A stretch of 63,840 nt of DNA, counting the filler, from Folioceros fuciformis (lineage: Eukaryota): assembly GCA_049999805.1 (NCBI GenBank). It is 18 parts of 18 records of this genome, joined end to end, with 100 filler letters (N's around TTAATTAATTAA, not from the genome) between each part and the next. Parts side by side here need not be neighbours in the genome. Positions count along the whole stretch, not along the records: positions 57,532 to 59,073 come from JBNGIO010006772.1; positions 59,174 to 62,713 come from JBNGIO010006773.1; positions 62,814 to 63,840 come from JBNGIO010006782.1; 15 more parts are not named here. One strand, written 5' to 3'. The translations under genes and the position numbers were made by a program. The first letter of the stretch is position 1. Each line of letters starts with the position of its first letter. Below the pieces are notes generated by a model. The model had not been told where the DNA came from. It saw nothing but the letters and a program-made list of their open reading frames with translations, and did not search any database. Of this stretch, positions 57,532 to 63,840 are shown piece after piece.

Positions 57532-58582
57532 GCGCGATACCTGCCTTAGGTGACAACCCTTCCTCTGCCGACTCTGCTACTGGAGAAGGTGGTTGTGGAG
57601 GTGAAACATAGACAACCCTCAACTTTGCCTCGTGAACCTCCTTTCCAGCTTCTTTGTTGAACTGAAAAATGATCGGAGTCAACATACAACAACTACTCCA
57701 TTTCAAGGGTACGACTGCTCCCACCACTACAGCAATGCAATACCGTTTGAGGCTTACCAGCTCTTGGTTTACATCCTTGGAATGCATTCCACTAGGGGCT
57801 ACAACACTCTGGACAAGGAACTTGTCCTTGCATACCATGTCTGGGGGAACCTCTCTCTGAGCTTGCATTGTGACTGCAGACAGCACGCAACAACTGTAAG
57901 AAGAGACCTCGTCATTCTCAACCTCCAGCTGGTGTCAGATTTCAAACTAGCCTCGGTGGAGAAATACCTGTGACATCCGCACTAGCCTGCGGCAACACGA
58001 TGCCAGTGTTCGGACGTACGCAGTACTTCTTGGGAGAAGTTGTTTTAACCTAAGACGCGCAGCAGGTTGAACTTCTTGCAGGACAAGCTACTGCGCAGCT
58101 GGGAACAACAGCATCAAAAGGCACCAACCTTAAACGCCACATAGTTGTCGGTCACATTGACCAGACGGAGCGAGCAGGATATCTGCTTCTTCACCTCGAC
58201 TGTTCACCCCATTAAGGCCTCACATCAGAAGAGCAAACAACTTAACCCAAAACTACACCGCCATGCCAAGAACATCCTAATGCACCGGCTACCGTCAGAT
58301 AACCAAGAGAACACCGATAGCCACGCCCACGATTCGGCCACAATTGCACTCTCACGCTCACCTCCCATTGACATCACCTTAACAGACACAAGACTACCCT
58401 AAGCTTCTGGCCGAGCAACCAAATTGACCAACAACCAACACGACGCACACCACACACGGGGACCAAACAAGCTATTGCAGACGCAGCACGCACTGAACCC
58501 ATGTGAACGGAACACAAACCGCGACAATCTTACAAGGAAATTTCAGGTCCCCCGGCTGGATATGAAGCAGTTCGCTGGGCAT
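57532..58582 (-). CDS. VAP27: Vesicle-associated protein VAP27 (MSP domain), 3'-truncated
   Basis: MPSELLHIQP..LKFP, VAFK|VKTTSPKKYCVRPNTG, VTMQAQREVPPDMVCKDKFLVQS and KLRVVYV. Confidence 0.94.
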
Positions 58583-61500
58583 GGCTGCTGCTTCAGGTCC
58601 TCCTCCTCTACTGAATGTGCAACCCTCCTCTTCAGGCTAACAAACCGGCCCTCCCTCTCTCCTACGAGTGCGTAATATTTACACAGCGACCTCACAGGCA
58701 GAATTCCCTACAGCCGTCTCAGGAAGAGCTGGCCACATCCACAGATCTGAGGCGTATGCTTCATCCGAGTGCACCAGCCTGGCAGTGCACCTCACAATAC
58801 CGATAGCACCACCGTCACTCCCTCACCTCCCACTCACTGACTCAAGCCAGCTCCCCACGGCTCCCCTTCCCAAAACCGTCGCCTCCTTCTCTACCTGGCA
58901 GATCCGGCTGCCGCAGGCGCGAAGGCCAAGACGCCTACTGCACAGCAGAATCCCGCAGCAGGCCCAGGCCGCCCCAAATCCCGCGTTTCCGCTGCCCCCA
59001 AGACGGCGCTGAGGCGGAATTGCGTTCCGGAAGGCGGGAATTGCAGAGCAGCAAGCAGCACAGCGGGCAACACNNNNNNNNNNNNNNNNNNNNNNNNNNN
59101 NNNNNNNNNNNNNNNNNTTAATTAATTAANNNNNNNNNNNNNNNNNNNNNNNNNNNNNNNNNNNNNNNNNNNNCAGTAGTAATGTGCAACGATTATCTCG
59201 TTGGCCCGACGAACATTTCTTTTCCTCCTCGTTCGCGGGTTTCGAAGCCGGGGGACGTAAGACGAAACGGGTCCCGGACTCGGGAGCCGTATCCGTGGCT
59301 TCAGTTTCGGGGACCGTGTAAGGGTGGCCGTGTATAATTTATTATTATATTCTATTGATAAGGCTGCCAGCGAGGGCGGGACCAATCCCAGCTGGGACCG
59401 ACTCCTCGGGCTCGCAACCGAGCCGAAGCCAGCGCGCTGTAAACACCTCATACACCTCATATCTCTGTATACGTACAGTACGCGGGTAGCCGGGGCAGGC
59501 AGGACACCCAATGGGGACACATCATGGCCCGTCCCGCTGCCTTCTCCGCCTTGGTGCACTAAACGCCTCTCAAGATTCAATGCATCACTTACCACCGTCT
59601 CCGCCACGCTTGCCCTAATAATATCTCTTTCTTCCGTGCTACCCAGCTGGCACTCTTCCGTTAAATCTTACTATAGACTCTTTGCCAAGGCAAGGGATCT
59701 TTTTCTTGCCTTCCTTCACAAACTTAGACGATTAAGTAACACCGCTGTTACGCATCCTACAGTTATGTACGTAGCGGCCAGAGTGAACTCACCTCTGTAA
59801 GGTGAAAGGGTGCTGTTAGTACTGTAGTTGTGAGGTACGACTGGGAACATCCGTCCAAGTGGACTAGAATCCACTTCTCCTCGAATGCAAGGAGGCCGCG
59901 TGGCGGAGGAGCGGTGGAATGGATGCATTGTTGGGTGAAGGTTCTCGGGGAGGAGATGGCGGTGGGGTGTGGGGAATTTGGCCACCACGGACGCGCAGCT
60001 GAAGGATGCGTTAGGTTGGATTCAATCTCGTGGTGGATGGGAGGCTGCGGGCCAGATTGGCCGATCCGCAATTCGGTCTGTGGTTCTTGGAAGATCGGTC
60101 TGCGGGTAAGGAGGGAGGATTGGACAGGCTGTGCGCGCAGAACGCAAACCGAGTCCTGCTGAGCGCTGTGCCTGGATTTGAAGGATCGGGGGAGCTCACG
60201 TGCCTGCATTCGTGATCGCTGGTACGTACGTCATAGTGTGAATGGAGGAAGCGCTGCTGGCTCATGATGCCGGTCATGCTATGGTGGAAAGCGGAGGAGG
60301 TGGAGGCAGATTATGCGTTGTTAACGAGGTTCGGTTGGTCGAAATTCAGCGAGTGAGGGAACAGGGGATCGTTGGAATGCGGAAATTCCTGCTATTCTCT
60401 GATATAGACCTGGTTGTTTCCCCTGGGCTAGAGGCGTGAGAGCTTTGGTTGCTGGCTGCGGGGATTCCATACATGTGTAGGTGGAGCACGGCGAATTTAA
60501 GACGAACGTCTGATCGGTGCAAAGGCGGAAAACATGCATATAGGTGTTGTAGTTCCTACTCAAGGCTTGGCTTGTTCCAGCAAGAAACCTAGCTACCATG
60601 GCTCCAGCTAATGCGTGCATGGAAGGAATGCAGGTGTCGTACGACACCACTATCTCTGGGATCGATGTAGACTCACGTATATTGGTGACGCCATTGCAGG
60701 GATGCAACATTGTTTTGTGAAGTACTGATTCTTGCAACTGGTGCCAGTGCCAGTACGTGTACGTCTGGAAACAGTTCGAAGTCATTCCAGAACTATATAG
60801 AACAGAGATATAGTATGTTTAGTACAGGTCGCCAGATATGGGGAGAGACCTATCAGGCCTCAATTGCATCCCAAATGTTGCCGATGCTGACAACCTAGGT
60901 ACTGCGCTGGTAATTGCTATCTGGTGCAATCTATCTCGGGGCTCTTAATTAAGAGCCCCGAGGCAACCATTCATAGATGGTTGCCACTGAAGAAGAGTCG
61001 CATATGCACCTAGCTATCAGCAGGGAAACTTGTTGTGATTGACGGAAGTTATTTTGGCATGGAAGGTGCTGCTGCCACGTCAGCATGGAAGCTTGAGACC
61101 CCTGTAAGCCTGATAGCATCTGTTGTGCTGAAACTGAAGCGTGTGCAAATGCTCTCTCGTCAGATATCACTTGAGCCAAGACAAACATATATGCAGGTCG
61201 TCTTCCCGGAGTCCCATGGCATGTCAAGGCTTTGCACTCCAAGAGTAGGCAGACACTGTGAAGAGGTCCCTCGAGAAACGGCATCCATTTTGCAATGGTT
61301 TCTATCAATCACAGCAACAGACTCTCCTTTGGTCTCAGAAGGAAACCTCATCTGTTCCAACTATTTTCTGAGTTTCTGAGTTTCAGGCATCTATGCAATT
61401 GTAGACGTTGCCACTGTCCCTCCGAACGACACACATCGTTTGCTGATGTTGTCTGCCATCCAGTCTGTTTCAATTGGAATAGGACGGAAGTAACTGTAGG

Positions 61501-63199
61501 CATCTAGGATTGCAGACGTACGGAAGGGTCACCATCGCGGAGTATGTTGATCATGCACGCAATTCTGCAGCTCTCTGACAGAACTTCATGCTACAAAATG
61601 ACACCTGCCCGCAGGGGTTAAGCCTCCTGACCTGCTAACATATTTTGGAACCCCGTATCACGCACGCGTGTCCTGTGAGTCTTGTCGTGCTGCAGGTACC
61701 ACTGTTTTCCACAATTCTACTCCAAAAGTACGTACATATTCGAGTATCGACGGAATCGCGCGGAATATATTTTGGCAATTCCAGGGCCACACTGACTAGT
61801 GCCTTATCCTCTACTGTAAGGAGAGCTGAATCTTCGAACTGGCATCCCAACCCATCGTTATTGATTTCCAGGCGAAGGGACGATTGAAGCCGGCACCATC
61901 TACTCAAAGGACGCCACGTTCTGGTACGAGACTGGTAAGGGCACATTCCCCCAAACTCAGAGTCAGTTTCTGGTCTCCTAATTTATCTGGTCTTTTCCCT
62001 CTCGTGCCGATTGGGCCAGGTCATGTGCAAGAGACACTTTGGAAAGCGGCAACCCCGATGTAAGGAGCTGGAGACGAGAGGAGCTGTGGGCCTTTCTCCC
62101 GTTGTGACTAAACAATTCCTGACACTTCGTTTCATGTGTAGGAATTTGCACTTCTTCCAGGGATTGCTAGCAGACAGTCCCAAATTGATCTCAATCTGTT
62201 GGAGCACGCATCCAGCGTCGAGAAGGCGTTATCAATCGTCAGCAAAGTGGCGGTTGCCTCGTGAATTTTCGATGTACTTTCCATTGAAACACACATCTTG
62301 AATATTTGTCTGTACTGTGCACGCAAACTTCGATGCTTGTGCCACACGTACACGGGAAGTTGCACTAAGCCAGGGTGGGTATATTTTTTTCCCACCGACA
62401 AGTTATTAAGTTGGAGGTATCTTGGCGAACTTGAAGTTTCCGTAAGAATCGCGGAAACTGCACGACACTGATGTACCCACGTATGGGCATGTATCCTTCT
62501 CGAATGAGTACAGTACGAATAGGCTGGACGGTTTGTCGGTCCGGTCCCGCACTATGAACCACAAAACTTACCTCACCAATTCAGAAACTTATCTTCCTTC
62601 ACCAAAAAAATCTTGTCCTTGCAAACTCTTTTGGAGCCATCCGTGTCTATCAAAGCGCGGAGACCTTACAACGAAAAGAAGGGGAAAAGAAAAGAGACTT
62701 CAAACTATAGGACNNNNNNNNNNNNNNNNNNNNNNNNNNNNNNNNNNNNNNNNNNNNTTAATTAATTAANNNNNNNNNNNNNNNNNNNNNNNNNNNNNNN
62801 NNNNNNNNNNNNNACAAGATACTTGCAAAATAGTAGAAAATATGCCAAGTTTATACCAACTGAAGGATCAAGTAAAGGGCATGGGTCACTCCTAATCAAC
62901 TTTAATGGTTTCAACTTTGAGCTAGATATGTGCGGAAAGTAATGCAATGGTTTTCAATGTACCAATAATATACCAAGAATAATGTTCCAAGCTCTAAGTT
63001 CAATACACAACTTATACTAAGTGGTATGCACACATATATACAATGAGGTTCTAATATATATATATAGATGTCAGCAACGTTAAGGTTTCTATTCTTGTAC
63101 GTCACACATTTAGAAGTTGCAATACATTAACCATACTAAGTGATATGCCCATGTATAGAAAGATGTTATCAATATATATGTATATATAGATGTAGGTAT

Positions 63200-63840
63200 T
63201 GTTGCAACTTTAGAGTTTCTATTCTTACATGTCACACCTTTAGTAGTTGTGGATGCTTAGTGTTTGTTGACTAGTTTCTATTGTCGTAACTTTAGGGATT
63301 CTATTCTTGTAGGTCACATATTTAGTAGTTGTAGATGCCTAGTGTTTGTGGGCTAGTTTCTATTGTCGCAACTTTAGGATTTCTATTCTTGTAGGTCATG
63401 CATATAGTAATTGTAAACTCCTAGTACTTGTTGGTCAGTTTCTATTGTCACAACTTTAAGGTTTCTATTCTTGTAGATCACACATATGGTAGTTGTAAAC
63501 TCCTAGTACTTGTTGGCTAGTTTCTATTGTCACAACTTCAAGGTTTCTATTCTTGTAGGTCACGCGTATAATATTTGTAAACTCATAGTAATTGTTGGCC
63601 AATTTCTATTGTCACAACTTTAAGGTTTACGTTCTTGTAGGTCCCGCATTTAGTAGTTGTAAACTCCTAGTAATTGTTGGCCAATTTCTATTGTCACAAT
63701 TTTAAGGTTTCTATTCTTAAAGGTCCCACATTTAGCGGTTGTAAACTCCTATTGTTCGTTGGCCAGTTTCTATTGTCGTAACTTTAGGGTTTCTACTCTT
63801 GTAGGTATGCATTCAGTTGTAGACGTCTAGTGTTTATTGG
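63200..63840 (+). repeat. ~82-bp AT-rich tandem minisatellite, about 7-8 diverged copies, running off the window end
   Basis: TTTCTATTGTC recurs at ~63275, 63357, 63439, 63521, 63603, 63685 and 63767. A degenerate copy lies near 63075. Confidence 0.92.

Noticed and set aside
63200-63840. Regular repeats as a CRISPR array (also 6737-7040)
   Set aside because: Whole units repeat with no unique spacers, no cas genes are present, and the context is eukaryotic.

Overview
This window is eukaryotic (land-plant nuclear) sequence, not one locus. It consists of 18 short contigs joined by 17 identical 100-nt artificial spacers (N44-TTAATTAATTAA-N44), so adjacency only means something inside a contig. 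Short GT-AG introns, tight gene spacing, and both DYW:KP-type and DYW:WW-type PPR genes suggest a hornwort or similar seed-free plant (inference). Recognisable genes are an alpha/beta hydrolase, a PPR-DYW:KP pseudogene, HEMA/GluTR, an NTF2-like gene, FBL11, a PLS-PPR (WW type), p24delta, CYP71, a legume lectin, a coiled-coil protein, THIC with a 3'UTR TPP riboswitch, THI1, DBR1, PTP1, VAP27, a tandem-RING ORF and a Fic-like ORF. Gypsy and MULE remnants and tandem repeats are also present. Three observations stand out. (1) THIC and THI1 sit head-to-head about 1 kb apart, forming a thiamine mini-cluster. (2) The GluTR presequence carries two ALAS-type heme-regulatory CP motifs (GCPFL, SKCPFL). 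(3) OSB-type PDF ssDNA-binding motifs lie N-terminal to the PPR arrays in two separate PPR genes. All calls come from reading the sequence; no searches were run.
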